This document shows, one piece after another, positions 1 to 10,069 of a stretch of DNA of 62,137 bases. The notes under the pieces were generated by a model that saw only the letters and a list, made by a program, of their open reading frames with translations, did no database searches and was not told the DNA's origin. This DNA comes from Spirochaetia bacterium (GTDB taxonomy: Bacteria > Spirochaetota > Spirochaetia > CADAEX01), in assembly GCA_017535435.1 (NCBI GenBank), contig JAFXTY010000049.1, positions 1 to 62,137 of the forward strand, written 5' to 3'. Every line of letters starts with the position of its first letter. The first letter of the stretch is position 1. Both the position numbers and the translations under genes were made by a program.

Positions 1-793
1 CGTCTGACTTCGCCTCGGGCAGGTTTCCCATCTTATAGGTTCCGCTCCCTATTCCCCGTCCGAATAAACCGCCGGCAAGCAGCGCCTCCTTGGCCTGGAG
101 GATCTGGTAACTGCTTCCCTCTGCATCGGTGTTTCCCGACATATGGGAAGTAAGGCGCTCCATACGGTATGGCTCCATAATTATGAAAAGGAGGAACAGA
201 AGCACCAGGGCGCCGCCCAGAAGGAGCAGCATCCTGAAACGGAACTTAGACACAAAGAACATGGCCGCACAGAGCCCCACTATGAACAGTGTGGTGGAAA
301 GGTCGGACTGCATGAATACTATCTGGATCACAACCAGCATTACGGTGAACACAGATGTGGAATAATGCTTTTTATGTCCGCTCTCCACCCTGACGAAGTC
401 GGAGGCCAGATAGAGGACCAGGACTATCTTGTAGAACTCTGAAGGCTGCAGGGAAAGAGCTCCGATACGTATCCACCGGGAAGCTCCGTTGACATCCCCA
501 TACAGCGGAGGCAGCAGGTTGAGGACAAATACTATCAGGAGGAAAATCTTGTTGCACCTGCTGAATATCTTCATAGGCATATAGGCCACAATTATGGCAA
601 GAATGGAACCCATGCAGAACATGAGAGCCTGGCGGGAAATAAAGTATGTGAAGGGTTTTCCTGTGTTGACCGCATCGGGGTAGGATGCGGAGAACAGCAT
701 AGCCATGCCGCTGCCTGCCAGAAGCAGGATCACTGCCAGCAGCATTGTGTCAAATGAGTTGCCACGCTGTCTTTCCATCAAGAAACCGTCCAT
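1..793 (-). CDS. ftsW: FtsW/RodA SEDS-family cell division protein (3' end outside window)
   Basis: Not in the ORF track. My translation from ATG 793 gives MDGFLMERQ...GASRWIRIGALSLQPSEF...SYQILQAKEALLAGGLFGRGIGSGTYKMGNLPEAKSD, which are SEDS motifs. Lies directly after mraY. Confidence 0.93.
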   Translation of the reverse strand, partial: MDGFLMERQRGNSFDTMLLAVILLLAGSGMAMLFSASYPDAVNTGKPFTYFISRQALMFCMGSILAIIVAYMPMKIFSRCNKIFLLIVFVLNLLPPLYGDVNGASRWIRIGALSLQPSEFYKIVLVLYLASDFVRVESGHKKHYSTSVFTVMLVVIQIVFMQSDLSTTLFIVGLCAAMFFVSKFRFRMLLLLGGALVLLFLLFIIMEPYRMERLTSHMSGNTDAEGSSYQILQAKEALLAGGLFGRGIGSGTYKMGNLPEAKSD

Positions 794-806
794 CAGTCTC
801 CTTCCA

Positions 807-1889
807 TCACTGCAGTTTCAATGTCGAGAGGGCAAGCACTACAAAAAGCCCTCCTATAATCCAGAACCGGGTGACCACCCGGGTCTCCTTCCAGCCCATC
901 TTCTCAAAATGATGATGCAGCGGAGTCATAAGGAATATCCGTTTCCCCTCATGGTCCGCGCTGTGCTTCTTTGTATATTTGAAATAAAGACACTGGATGA
1001 TGACCGACAGAGCCTCAATCACAAATACACCACCTATGAAGACAAGCAGGATCTCCTTCTTCAGGAGAAGTGCCATAAGTCCGATAATGCCGCCCAGGGA
1101 AAGGCTTCCGGTATCGCCCATGAACATCTCGGCAGGATGGCAGTTGAACCAGAGGAACCCGATGGATGCCCCGATAAGAGCAAGGCTGAGCACCGACAGC
1201 TCACTGCAGCCAGCCATGAACGGAATATTAAGGTAAGCCGCAAAGTCTGCACGGCCTGTGATATATGCAAGGATCGCAAACCCGATTGCCACCAGGAACA
1301 CAAGGCCTATGGCAAGGCCGTCCAGCCCGTCGGTCAGGTTCACGGCATTGGATGCGCTCACCAGGATAAGAACTCCAAAGGGAATATAGAGCACGCCCAT
1401 GTCACACACCGGATATTTGCAGAAGGGGATATAGAGCAGTGTTGTGTTCTCGTTCCTGCCCATATAGATAAGCAGGACTATGATAAGAGAAACTATGATC
1501 TGCCACATCATCTTGCGCCGGGGGTTGAGCCCTTCGGTATTCTTTCTTGTTATCTTGAGCCAGTCGTCGGTAAAGCCGATGCAGCCGAAGCCCAGGACTG
1601 CAAAAAGGGAAAGCCATGTGAAGCTGTTGCGCAGGTCCTGCCACAGAAGGACAGATATGACAATTGCGAAAATGATCAGGATACCGCCCATGGTAGGAGT
1701 TCCCTCCTTGACCAGATGGGTCTGGGGACCGTCTGTCCGCACTTCCTGTCCCATCTTCTTCCTCTTGAGCCAGCGGATGACACCAGGTCCCAGGATAAGG
1801 GAAATGATAAGCGCTGTGACTGCAGCATAGGATGCCCTGAAGGTGATATACTTAAAAATGTTTATTTGGGAGGCTAACTCTTTTAACAC
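807..1889 (-). CDS. mraY: Phospho-N-acetylmuramoyl-pentapeptide transferase
   Basis: KEGTPTMGG, NAVNLTDGLDGLA, FMGDTGSL and PLHHHFE motifs; multi-TM. Confidence 0.98.
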   Translation of the reverse strand: MLKELASQINIFKYITFRASYAAVTALIISLILGPGVIRWLKRKKMGQEVRTDGPQTHLVKEGTPTMGGILIIFAIVISVLLWQDLRNSFTWLSLFAVLGFGCIGFTDDWLKITRKNTEGLNPRRKMMWQIIVSLIIVLLIYMGRNENTTLLYIPFCKYPVCDMGVLYIPFGVLILVSASNAVNLTDGLDGLAIGLVFLVAIGFAILAYITGRADFAAYLNIPFMAGCSELSVLSLALIGASIGFLWFNCHPAEMFMGDTGSLSLGGIIGLMALLLKKEILLVFIGGVFVIEALSVIIQCLYFKYTKKHSADHEGKRIFLMTPLHHHFEKMGWKETRVVTRFWIIGGLFVVLALSTLKLQ

Positions 1890-1890
1890 T

Positions 1891-3285
1891 TCACTTACCC
1901 CTGCTCTTGAGTTTTTCCACTACCCGCTCCATCGCCATTCCTCTGGAGCCTTTGACCACGACCAGATCCCCTGGTCTGACAAAATCTATGACAGCCTTTT
2001 CCAGCGCCTCGTACTCAGGGCTCCAGAAAGGACTTTTACCTGCATCTATAAGTGCATCGTATGCAGCTTTCATCTCGTTCCCGAAAAGGAAGATTCCTGC
2101 CGCATCGGAATAAGAGAGCTTGCGCCCGATCTTAGCATGGATGCTGTCGGACTCTGCTCCCTGTTCCAGGAGAGAGCCAAGCACAAACACCACCCGCTTC
2201 ACGCTGGAAGCCGCCTCGGCCGCAAAATCCACCACAGCCATCACTGCCTCCAGGTTGGCGTTGTAGCAGTCGCACAGCACCTGGATGCCGCCGGCCTCGT
2301 ACAGCTCGCCCCGGCCGAACATGGTGCTGGCCCCTTCCAGAGCCTCCTTTATCTGGGCATCGGTTGCACCGAAGTAGCGCCCTACTGCAGCAGCGGCCAT
2401 TGCATTCAGGAAGTTATATTTTCCCATAAGGGGGAAATGTATCCGCTCCTCTCCAAGTGTGAACTCAGAGCCTGCGGTCCCCTTGAGCTCAAAGCCTGTG
2501 GCCATTGAGCAGCCATATGTAAAGTACTGCCGCCCCTCTCCCACCTGGTGCTCAAGGTAATCGGCGTAATCGTCTTTCTCATTCACAAAGCCGGCTTCCA
2601 GCGACGGGTTTGCGGAGAAAATCTTTCCCTTCTCTATGGCAATGTTGTCCTGGGATCCCAGGATGCCGATGTGGGCAGTGCCGATATTGGTCACAACCCC
2701 CACCTGCGGATGGAGAACACCCACCAGGGCATCCATCTCTCCCTTGTGGTTTATACCCATCTCGAACACGCCGAACTTATGGCATGACCGGATGGAGAAC
2801 ATGGAGAGGGGAAGGCCTATCTCGGAATTGAGGTTGCCCTTGGAGCACACAGTGCTTCCCAGCTTGGAAAGGATGGAGGCGGTAAGCTCCTTGGTGGTAG
2901 TCTTGCCGCTGGATCCGGTTATTCCCACCATTCTTATCTCCGGGAACTTGTCACGGTAGAACCGGGCCAGATCCTGGAGGGCCTTGAGGGTGTCCTGCAC
3001 CTTAAGTATGCAGCCATCTCCGGATTCGATGGTCTTCTGAATATCAGGAGTCACGTGCTCCACCACACACAGAGCCGCTCCCTGCCCTGCTGCGGCAGGC
3101 ACAAAGAGATGACCGTCGGTCTGTTCCCCCTTCAATGCGAAGAAGATGGAACCCGGACCGGCCATCCTTGAGTCTGTGCATGCATTTGTAAAATAAGTCC
3201 CCTCCCCAGAAGACAGCAGCTGACCAGCAGTTGCCTTAACTATTTCATCTATGGAAAGAGCTAGTTCATTCTTTCCCCTCTGCAT
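1891..3285 (-). CDS. murF: UDP-N-acetylmuramoyl-tripeptide--D-Ala-D-Ala ligase
   Basis: TDSR, GITGSSGKTTTK P-loop, DCYNAN and VKGSRG; upstream of mraY. Confidence 0.96.
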   Translation of the reverse strand: MQRGKNELALSIDEIVKATAGQLLSSGEGTYFTNACTDSRMAGPGSIFFALKGEQTDGHLFVPAAAGQGAALCVVEHVTPDIQKTIESGDGCILKVQDTLKALQDLARFYRDKFPEIRMVGITGSSGKTTTKELTASILSKLGSTVCSKGNLNSEIGLPLSMFSIRSCHKFGVFEMGINHKGEMDALVGVLHPQVGVVTNIGTAHIGILGSQDNIAIEKGKIFSANPSLEAGFVNEKDDYADYLEHQVGEGRQYFTYGCSMATGFELKGTAGSEFTLGEERIHFPLMGKYNFLNAMAAAAVGRYFGATDAQIKEALEGASTMFGRGELYEAGGIQVLCDCYNANLEAVMAVVDFAAEAASSVKRVVFVLGSLLEQGAESDSIHAKIGRKLSYSDAAGIFLFGNEMKAAYDALIDAGKSPFWSPEYEALEKAVIDFVRPGDLVVVKGSRGMAMERVVEKLKSRGK

Positions 3286-3574
3286 CCGATTCTATCTGAC
3301 TCCTTGTATCTATAATGATAGTCTGCCCCACACTTGCGTTGGACAGCTTCATTGTTTCCTTGACCTCTTTCACATGCTGCGGTGAGCTGTAGGCTGACAG
3401 CGATGTAAGCTCCTGCTTGTTCTTCTCGAACCACTTCTCCTGTGTGTTCTGGTATTCATTCACCTCGGCCTGAAGCCGCTCGTACTTATACCCCTGGTAG
3501 ATATTAAGGGCAAAGAGCCCCATTATTGCTATGACAAGAACCAATACAGTAAAGCTTCCCATTTTTCCTTTCAT
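3266..3574 (-). CDS. ftsL: FtsL-like bitopic cell division protein
   Basis: N-terminal TM helix then coiled coil; sits in the canonical position after rsmH. Confidence 0.7.
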   Translation of the reverse strand: MKGKMGSFTVLVLVIAIMGLFALNIYQGYKYERLQAEVNEYQNTQEKWFEKNKQELTSLSAYSSPQHVKEVKETMKLSNASVGQTIIIDTRSQIESDAEGKE

Positions 3575-4512
3575 ACAGCCACCTTTTCAGCAACCCTGAG
3601 CTTGGAGCTCCTGGATGCCGCATTCTCCGCTATTTCCGCATCGGACGGAACTACCGGCTTCTTGGTGATGATATTCACCACCCTGTGATTTCTGCCGCAG
3701 GTGCACCGAGGCGCTGAGTCCGGGCAGATACAATCTTTCTCTTTATCTCTGAAAAAATTCTTGACTATTCTGTCTTCCAATGAATGGAATGTTATTACCC
3801 CTATCCTGCCACCGGGAGAAAGGACCTCCAGCGCCTTATCCAGCGCCTCGGCCAGCCGCTCCAGCTCGCCGTTCACGGCGATGCGCAGCGCCTGGAAGGT
3901 GCGGGTTGCCGGGTGAATCTTGCCATGCCGGTATCCTTCCGGCACTGCGCGGTAGACTACGTCTGCCAGCTGGGCGGCTGTGGTTATAGCCCCCAGTTCC
4001 CGGGCCTCTGTTATGGCCTTGGCGATGCGGCGGGAATAGCGTTCCTCACCATAGTTGTAGATGATGTCGGCCAGGCGCTCTGCCGGATAGTTGTTGACCA
4101 TGTCGGCGGCAGAGACCACCAAGTCGCCACCGAGCTCCATGCTCAGGGGCTCATCCTTGCGGAAGGAGAACCCCCGGCCTGATTTCTCGTAGTGGTATGT
4201 GGAAATTCCCAGGTCGAACAATATCTTGTCCGGTCTGGGGGATCTGGTGGGATATTCAGCGAAATATCGGTTGAACCAGGTGTTGCAGAACTGCACCCGC
4301 CCTTTGAAGGGGGCAAGACGCTCCTCTGCAACCTTGAGTATATGGTCATCTGCATCAAGGCAGACCAGCTTGATGTCGGGGTAAGCAGAAAGAAGGGCCT
4401 CTGAATGGCCCCCTTCTCCGGTGGTGCAGTCGATGAAAAGCTCACCCGGCTTTGAGGGTTTTAAATAGGAGAGAACCTCGTTCTTAAGCACCGAATAGTG
4501 AACGACTTCCAT
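3571..4512 (-). CDS. rsmH: 16S rRNA m4C1402 methyltransferase
   Basis: HYSVL, DCTTGEGGHS, DLGIS, HPATRTFQALRIAVN, FHSLEDRIVK, RSSKLR. Confidence 0.98.
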   Translation of the reverse strand: MEVVHYSVLKNEVLSYLKPSKPGELFIDCTTGEGGHSEALLSAYPDIKLVCLDADDHILKVAEERLAPFKGRVQFCNTWFNRYFAEYPTRSPRPDKILFDLGISTYHYEKSGRGFSFRKDEPLSMELGGDLVVSAADMVNNYPAERLADIIYNYGEERYSRRIAKAITEARELGAITTAAQLADVVYRAVPEGYRHGKIHPATRTFQALRIAVNGELERLAEALDKALEVLSPGGRIGVITFHSLEDRIVKNFFRDKEKDCICPDSAPRCTCGRNHRVVNIITKKPVVPSDAEIAENAASRSSKLRVAEKVAV

Positions 4513-4514
4513 AC

Positions 4515-4949
4515 TTACTGCAGATCCAGATTGCCAATGCTTTCCAATGCGGCATCAACCTCGGCCACATTATCCTCAAGATATTTGTCATAGCGGCTTC
4601 TGTTCCAGATGTCGATATGCTCCTCCACACCTACGCAGATCGAGCATTCTTTCTCCAACTGGGCATAGTCGCGCAACGGCTGGGATATATTTATACGGCC
4701 GGTCTTGTCAATCTCGGTCTCCTGGACAGATACCAGGAACTGGTTGCGCAGCACACGTCCGTATTTCGAGAAGGTTGAGGTGTTATCCAGAATCCGCTTC
4801 TTGAAGCGTTCCCACTGCTCGGGAGTGAACATCCACAGGCATTTCTCGGCTCCCCGGGTTATGTAGACAGTACTGCCCTCCACACCGGCCCTGAGCCCTG
4901 CCGGAAGCATGATTCTTCCCTTTGTATCCAGATTATTCCAATAAACCAC
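4515..4949 (-). CDS. mraZ: Division/cell-wall cluster repressor MraZ
   Basis: Two DxKGR/DKTGR repeats; first gene of the dcw cluster. Confidence 0.92.
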   Translation of the reverse strand: MVYWNNLDTKGRIMLPAGLRAGVEGSTVYITRGAEKCLWMFTPEQWERFKKRILDNTSTFSKYGRVLRNQFLVSVQETEIDKTGRINISQPLRDYAQLEKECSICVGVEEHIDIWNRSRYDKYLEDNVAEVDAALESIGNLDLQ

Positions 4950-4958
4950 TCTTCTCCA

Positions 4959-5030
4959 CCACTAATATCCAAAAATTACCACTTTTTACCACTTATGGAC
5001 ATTATGGGGGATAGTTGGGAAAAATGTCAA
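4959..5030 (-). promoter_or_regulatory. dcw promoter with MraZ-type boxes
   Basis: Minus-strand TTGACA (5030-5025)-N18-CATAAT, then GTGG/GTGG/TTGG/GTGG at exact 10-bp period (plus-strand ccac 4989, ccac 4979, ccaa 4969, ccac 4959), as known for MraZ operators. Confidence 0.75.
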
Positions 5031-5148
5031 CTATTTTTTTCCACAATTCTATAAAATTTTTTTTGGGAACTTTTTTGCCCTCCCCTCCGCAGTTGTCACA
5101 CTTCTCTTTTTTTTGTATGCTATATATAGAATTAATAAGGAAAAACCC

Positions 5149-6462
5149 ATGAACATCATAGAACCAAAAGTCCTCAAGGGATTCAGAGACTCACTTCCTG
5201 CAGAGGAGACAGAGAAAAAGCGGCTTTTCGCCATCCTGGAGAAAACTTTCACCAGCTTCGGCTTTGCCCCCATCGACACCCCGGTGCTGGAGTACACCCA
5301 GGTTCTCTTGGGCAAGGGTGGCGGCGAGACCGACAAGCAGATCTACCGCTTCACCGACAACGGCGACCGTGATGTTTCCATGAGGTTCGACCTTACAGTT
5401 CCCTTTGCCCGGTTTGTCAGCGCAAACATGGACAAGCTGCCCCTCCCCTTCAAGCGGTACCACATAGCCAAGGTATGGCGTGGGGAGAACACCCAGAAAG
5501 GGCGCTACCGGGAATTCTACCAGTGCGACTTCGACATAGTGGGTGTGGATTCCGCCGCCGCAGACCTGGAGATCCTTACCATGATCTGCCAGTCCCTAAA
5601 GAACATCGGTGTGGAAGGATTCAAGATCCACCTGGCAAGCAGACAGGTGTTCAACCGGTTCCTGGCTTCCCTGGGAATCCAGGACAAGCTTACAGATATC
5701 CTCCGGCTGGTGGACAAGCTGGCCAAGATCGGCGAGGAGGAAGTGGCAAAGCAGCTGGCCGAGATTGCCGGCAAGGATGCTGCAGATAAGATACTGGGCT
5801 ATATAAAGATGGAAGAGAGCTTCGACAAGACTCTGGATAAGATAACTGCCCTGGCAGGGGGCGAGGCTGAGGACACCGCCCGGCTCCACACCCTGAAGAA
5901 GGCACTGGAGGAGAACGGCCTTGCAGGCAACTTTGTCCTTGACCCATCCATCACACGTGGCCTTGACTACTACACCGGCATAGTGTACGAGACCTTCCTG
6001 GACAAGGCTCCCGAGTTCGGCTCTGTCTGCTCTGGCGGCAGGTACAACAACCTGGCATCGCTGTACACCAAGACCCAGCTTCCGGGTGTGGGCGCATCCA
6101 TCGGCATAGACCGCCTTATCTCCGCCCTTGAGGCACTGGGAAAGAAGAACGACAGCAAGGCCCTTTGCGACACAATCATCTTCAATATTGACGAGTCGCT
6201 CTTAGGGCATTACACAAAGATCGCGCTGATGCTGAGGGAAAAAGGCATCTCCTGCGACCTCTACCCCGAGACCAAGAAGCTGAACAAGCAGTTCGGCTAC
6301 GTGGAGAAGAAGCACATTCCTGTGGGAATCATCTGCGGCTCCGAGGAGTACAGCTCCGGCACCATCACCATAAAGGACCTGACCACCCGGGAGACCTACG
6401 AGAAGCTGCCGCTGGCCGAAGGGATAGAGAAGATTATTTCACTACTTAGACACGAGGCATAA
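5149..6462 (+). CDS. hisS: Histidine--tRNA ligase
   Basis: KGFRD, RFDLTVP, WRGENTQKGRYREFYQCDFD, RGLDYYTG, GGRYNNL; ATG 5149 follows AAGGA. Confidence 0.98.
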   Translation: MNIIEPKVLKGFRDSLPAEETEKKRLFAILEKTFTSFGFAPIDTPVLEYTQVLLGKGGGETDKQIYRFTDNGDRDVSMRFDLTVPFARFVSANMDKLPLPFKRYHIAKVWRGENTQKGRYREFYQCDFDIVGVDSAAADLEILTMICQSLKNIGVEGFKIHLASRQVFNRFLASLGIQDKLTDILRLVDKLAKIGEEEVAKQLAEIAGKDAADKILGYIKMEESFDKTLDKITALAGGEAEDTARLHTLKKALEENGLAGNFVLDPSITRGLDYYTGIVYETFLDKAPEFGSVCSGGRYNNLASLYTKTQLPGVGASIGIDRLISALEALGKKNDSKALCDTIIFNIDESLLGHYTKIALMLREKGISCDLYPETKKLNKQFGYVEKKHIPVGIICGSEEYSSGTITIKDLTTRETYEKLPLAEGIEKIISLLRHEA

Positions 6463-8939
6463 TGCAAGCACATGATCTGCCGGTCTACCGGCACAAAGAG
6501 ACAATTTTAGAGTACATAAAGAACAATAAAGTAATAGTAATAGAGAGCCCCACCGGAAGCGGAAAGACAACCCAGCTTCCTATGATCCTGTACGAGGCAG
6601 GATATGCAGACAAAGGAATCATCGGAGTGACTCAGCCCCGGCGTATCGCCACCCTTTCGGTATGCGACTACATTGCACGTCAGCTGGGCTGCGAGGTTCC
6701 AGGCACTGTGGGCTACAAGATGAGGTTTGCAGACCAGACCATATCAAGCACAAAGATCAAGATAATGACAGACGGCATACTGCTGCAGGAGATCAAGTTC
6801 GACCCCTACCTGTCCCAGTACAGCTGCATAATTGTGGACGAGGCCCACGAGCGGAGCCTCAACATAGACTTCATCCTTGGTCTCCTGAAGCGCATCTCCA
6901 ACGTCAGGGACGACTTCAAGATCATCATATCCTCGGCCACCATCAACACATCGGTGTTCTCCGAATATTTCGGAGGATGTCCTGTGGTCCACATCGACTC
7001 CAAGATGTATCCGGTGGGAGTTATCTACGACCCTGTTCCGGAGGATGCAAAGCCCGAGGAGCTTCTCCTCAAGGTGGGCGACATTGTGGAGCGGTGCATA
7101 GAAGAGGAGCGGGAGGGAGACATCCTTATATTCCTCTCGGGTGAGAAGATGATAAAGGACTGCATAACCATGCTGGATGCAAGCCCGGTGCGGGACAAGC
7201 TTATGCTCTTGCCTCTGTACGGAAGGCTATCCAAGGAGGAGCAGGAGCGGATCTTCATAGAGACACCCCCTGACAAGACCAAGGTGATAGTTGCCACCAA
7301 CATTGCCGAGACCAGCGTCACCATCGACGGAATCACCACAGTAATAGACTCAGGACTTGCCAAGATAAACACATACAATACACGGACATTCACATCCTCC
7401 CTTCTGGAGGCCCCTATATCAAAGGCTTCCTGCAACCAGAGGAAAGGAAGGGCGGGACGGACCCAGGCAGGGACCTGCTACAGGCTCTACACCAAGCAGA
7501 GCTTCGAAAGCCGTGTCATGTTCACCAAGGAGGAGATTTACCGCACCGACCTGTCGGAGGTTATCCTGCGTATGGCAGAGCTGGGGATCACAGACTTCGA
7601 GTCCTTCGACTTCATATCATCCCCGGAGAAGAACGGCATAAAGAGCGCCATCGAGACACTGGTGATGCTGGATGCCCTCAACGACAACAACACACTTACA
7701 AAGATAGGCGAGATGATGGCAGCCTACCCTCTTCTGCCACGGCTATCCAGAATGCTGGTGGAAGCTATCCTCAAGTATCCCGACGTGATCGAGGAGACTA
7801 TCATAGCTGTCACATTCCTCTCCACCAACAGCCCGTTCCTCCTGCCCCAGGGGATGGAGATGGAGGCAAGGAAGGCACATCACTCCTTCCGCAGCAAATA
7901 TGGGGACTTCGTATCCTACATCGACATTTACGACTCCTTTGTGAACGCCGAGAACAAGGAGGAGTTCTGCGACTCCAACTTCCTGGACCTGAAGGTGATG
8001 AACGAGATTGTGAGCATCAAGGAGCAGCTTGAGGACATTGTGGGGGAGCAGGGAATTCCTGTGTCAGGAGGCGGCAGCGTGGAGAACTACCTGAGCGCTG
8101 TGGCCAAGGGTCTTATCCAGTTCGTGTGTGTCCGCACCGGCAAGGGAGCCTACTCAAGCCTTACAGCAGAGCGGATCTTCATCCACCCGGGCTCTGTCAT
8201 GTTCCACGAGAATCCCGATTTCATCGTAGCCGGCGAGATAGTGCGCACCAGCCGCATGTATGCCCACTCCGTATCGCCTCTGAACACCGAGATACTCAAG
8301 AGGATATCCCCGGAGCTGGCAACAAAGCTCACCACCGCCATCCAGAAGGAGGCCAAGGGCAGGGAGAAGGCAGACAACGCTTGGCAGATCAAGATAGGCA
8401 ACCAGTTCTTCGAGCTCAAGAAAGGCAAGGGAAACAAGAATAAGACAGCCATACTCCAGTGGGAGAACCTGGCCAAGGTGATAAAGTCCGGCAGCTTTGT
8501 GGTGGATCCTCAGTCCAAGGACCTCAAGTGCATTGTCATATGGCGGGACATGGAGTTCCTTAGCAATGAGAAGCTGCGGGATGTGAAGCGCATGCTTCCA
8601 TATATAAATCCGGAGCGGAAGTTCAAGGAGGAGCTGCCCTTCATGGGGAGCATAAGCGCCAACAAGCACTTTGACCAGCTGGCCGACTGCATGGATATCC
8701 TGCTGTGGCTGTGTCCAAAGAAGAAGAACGGCAAGATACTGGGCTTCCTGACACTCCACACCGACGAGCGTGGCAACTACTGGGTAAAGGCGGACCGGAG
8801 CTTCGACAACTCTGTGCTCACCACACTGGGAAGCCTCGAGATGCTTATGGACCAGGTGCCAGACAAGGCAAGCCCCAAGAGCATAAAGAAGGTGAACTCC
8901 ACCTACCGGTTCTTCAGCGAGATATTGAAAAAGTATTAA
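6462..8939 (+). CDS. hrpA: DEAH-box ATP-dependent RNA helicase HrpA-like
   Basis: SPTGSGKTT, TQPRR, DEAHER, SAT, ATNIAETS, QRKGRAGR; TAATG overlap with hisS. Confidence 0.92.
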   Translation: MQAHDLPVYRHKETILEYIKNNKVIVIESPTGSGKTTQLPMILYEAGYADKGIIGVTQPRRIATLSVCDYIARQLGCEVPGTVGYKMRFADQTISSTKIKIMTDGILLQEIKFDPYLSQYSCIIVDEAHERSLNIDFILGLLKRISNVRDDFKIIISSATINTSVFSEYFGGCPVVHIDSKMYPVGVIYDPVPEDAKPEELLLKVGDIVERCIEEEREGDILIFLSGEKMIKDCITMLDASPVRDKLMLLPLYGRLSKEEQERIFIETPPDKTKVIVATNIAETSVTIDGITTVIDSGLAKINTYNTRTFTSSLLEAPISKASCNQRKGRAGRTQAGTCYRLYTKQSFESRVMFTKEEIYRTDLSEVILRMAELGITDFESFDFISSPEKNGIKSAIETLVMLDALNDNNTLTKIGEMMAAYPLLPRLSRMLVEAILKYPDVIEETIIAVTFLSTNSPFLLPQGMEMEARKAHHSFRSKYGDFVSYIDIYDSFVNAENKEEFCDSNFLDLKVMNEIVSIKEQLEDIVGEQGIPVSGGGSVENYLSAVAKGLIQFVCVRTGKGAYSSLTAERIFIHPGSVMFHENPDFIVAGEIVRTSRMYAHSVSPLNTEILKRISPELATKLTTAIQKEAKGREKADNAWQIKIGNQFFELKKGKGNKNKTAILQWENLAKVIKSGSFVVDPQSKDLKCIVIWRDMEFLSNEKLRDVKRMLPYINPERKFKEELPFMGSISANKHFDQLADCMDILLWLCPKKKNGKILGFLTLHTDERGNYWVKADRSFDNSVLTTLGSLEMLMDQVPDKASPKSIKKVNSTYRFFSEILKKY

Positions 8940-9331
8940 AGGACAGAAACTCCCAGAGATTTTGCCAGGGCCTTGAGCTTTTTGTCCGTGGTCAGAAGAG
9001 TAGCCCCGTTATGCCGGGCAAGCACCAGATAGAACATATCGTAGATGCTGTGTCCCAGCCGTATTCCCTCGTGCAGGGCTTCTATTGCCAGCTCGCTGGT
9101 GTCAGTGTATTCATCCACCATCTGCAGGAGATAAGCGAGAGTCTTCCTTGCATTCTCCTCATCTATCGCACCATTCCTTGCATATTTCCAAAGCACATTG
9201 GTCACCTCAGAGTCAAACAGAGAAGGTGCAATAACTTTCTCTGCGCCGGCAACCGCATTCATGAAGAGACTATATTTCGGCCCATGAAAAGCAATCTCAA
9301 AGGCAGCGCAGGTATCTAAGACATAAATCAT
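8936..9331 (-). CDS. vapC: PIN-domain VapC-family toxin
   Basis: VLDT...E...YD...LLTTDKKL acidic PIN motif; 131 aa; overlaps the upstream antitoxin. Confidence 0.88.
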   Translation of the reverse strand: MIYVLDTCAAFEIAFHGPKYSLFMNAVAGAEKVIAPSLFDSEVTNVLWKYARNGAIDEENARKTLAYLLQMVDEYTDTSELAIEALHEGIRLGHSIYDMFYLVLARHNGATLLTTDKKLKALAKSLGVSVL

Positions 9332-9600
9332 CTCAGCCTGCCTCCCTTACTGCGCCCCTCCCTGTCCTGCCGCACCAGATCAGCCGGAGAAGGAAAACGG
9401 GAAGGCAGATGAAGCTCCAGAGCATCAAGATCATCCAGCACCCTGCGGCGCCTCGCACCGTTCTTGTCATCATCTGCGTTCAGTATGGAAGAAAGCAAGA
9501 AAATAACCTGCTGGGGAACTGTGCGGTTCTGCTCCTTGGCCACCCGGGCCAGAATCTGATATGTCTCCTGGGGAAAATCCCGGACCTGCAATAATGCCAT
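9328..9600 (-). CDS. Ribbon-helix-helix (FitA/Arc-like) antitoxin
   Basis: MALLQVRDFPQETYQILARVAKEQNRTVPQQV RHH pattern and C-terminal SPADLVRQDR; AGGAG RBS; 4-bp overlap with the PIN gene. Confidence 0.8.
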   Translation of the reverse strand: MALLQVRDFPQETYQILARVAKEQNRTVPQQVIFLLSSILNADDDKNGARRRRVLDDLDALELHLPSRFPSPADLVRQDREGRSKGGRLR

Positions 9601-9609
9601 AACTGCTCC

Positions 9610-9641
9610 TTGTATGCAAAATGATATCAACTTGCATACAA
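9610..9641. promoter_or_regulatory. Palindromic operator of the vapBC module
   Basis: TTGTATGCAA-N12-TTGCATACAA perfect 10-bp inverted repeat with central TGATATCA, just upstream of the antitoxin RBS. Confidence 0.7.
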
Positions 9642-9693
9642 TAATAATTTAAAGCATTTTATGGCTTTTGTCAAATTTCCAACTTTTTTCTCC

Positions 9694-9729
9694 AAAGTCA
9701 AATCAAAATGAACTTTTTCGCAGTATATA
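9694..9729 (+). repeat. Conserved intergenic motif, copy 1 (AAAGTCMAATCAAAATGAA-N10-GTATATA)
   Basis: Same motif and spacing at 11426 and 58600; followed by CAGGAGG and ATG. Confidence 0.8.
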
Positions 9730-9758
9730 CAGGCAGGAGGAATATATGAGAAAAACAA

Positions 9759-9786
9759 TTGACAAATCACTTTTCCGTGATATGAT
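9759..9786 (+). promoter_or_regulatory. Sigma70-type promoter with internal palindrome for the DUF4160/DUF2442 pair
   Basis: TTGACA-N16-TATGAT with ATCAC-N6-GTGAT in the spacer. Confidence 0.6.
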
Positions 9787-9809
9787 ATTAATAAGCAGGG
9801 GGAAAGCCT

Positions 9810-10061
9810 ATGCCTGTATTATCTAGGTTCTATGGAATTATAATCCGTATGTACTTCCAGCAGGCAGAGCATAATCCGCCACATATCCACGCCATCTATG
9901 ATGAGGATGTTGCTGTCATTGATATTCAGGAGAACAATGTTATTGAGGGACAGCTTCCATCCAAGGCCCTGACAATGGTGAAAGAATGGGTAGCAATCCA
10001 TAAATGTGAACTGCTGGATATATGGAACACACAGGAGTTTAAGACTCTCCCTCCGCTGTAG
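9810..10061 (+). CDS. DUF4160-family protein (putative toxin)
   Basis: MPVLSRFYGIIIRMY...EHNPPHIHA...W...PPL signature. Confidence 0.88.
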   Translation: MPVLSRFYGIIIRMYFQQAEHNPPHIHAIYDEDVAVIDIQENNVIEGQLPSKALTMVKEWVAIHKCELLDIWNTQEFKTLPPL

Positions 10062-10069
10062 AAGGAGTT

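Noticed and set aside
1-4949. dcw cluster lacking ftsI, murE and murD
   Set aside because: A reduced cluster is normal in spirochaetes.
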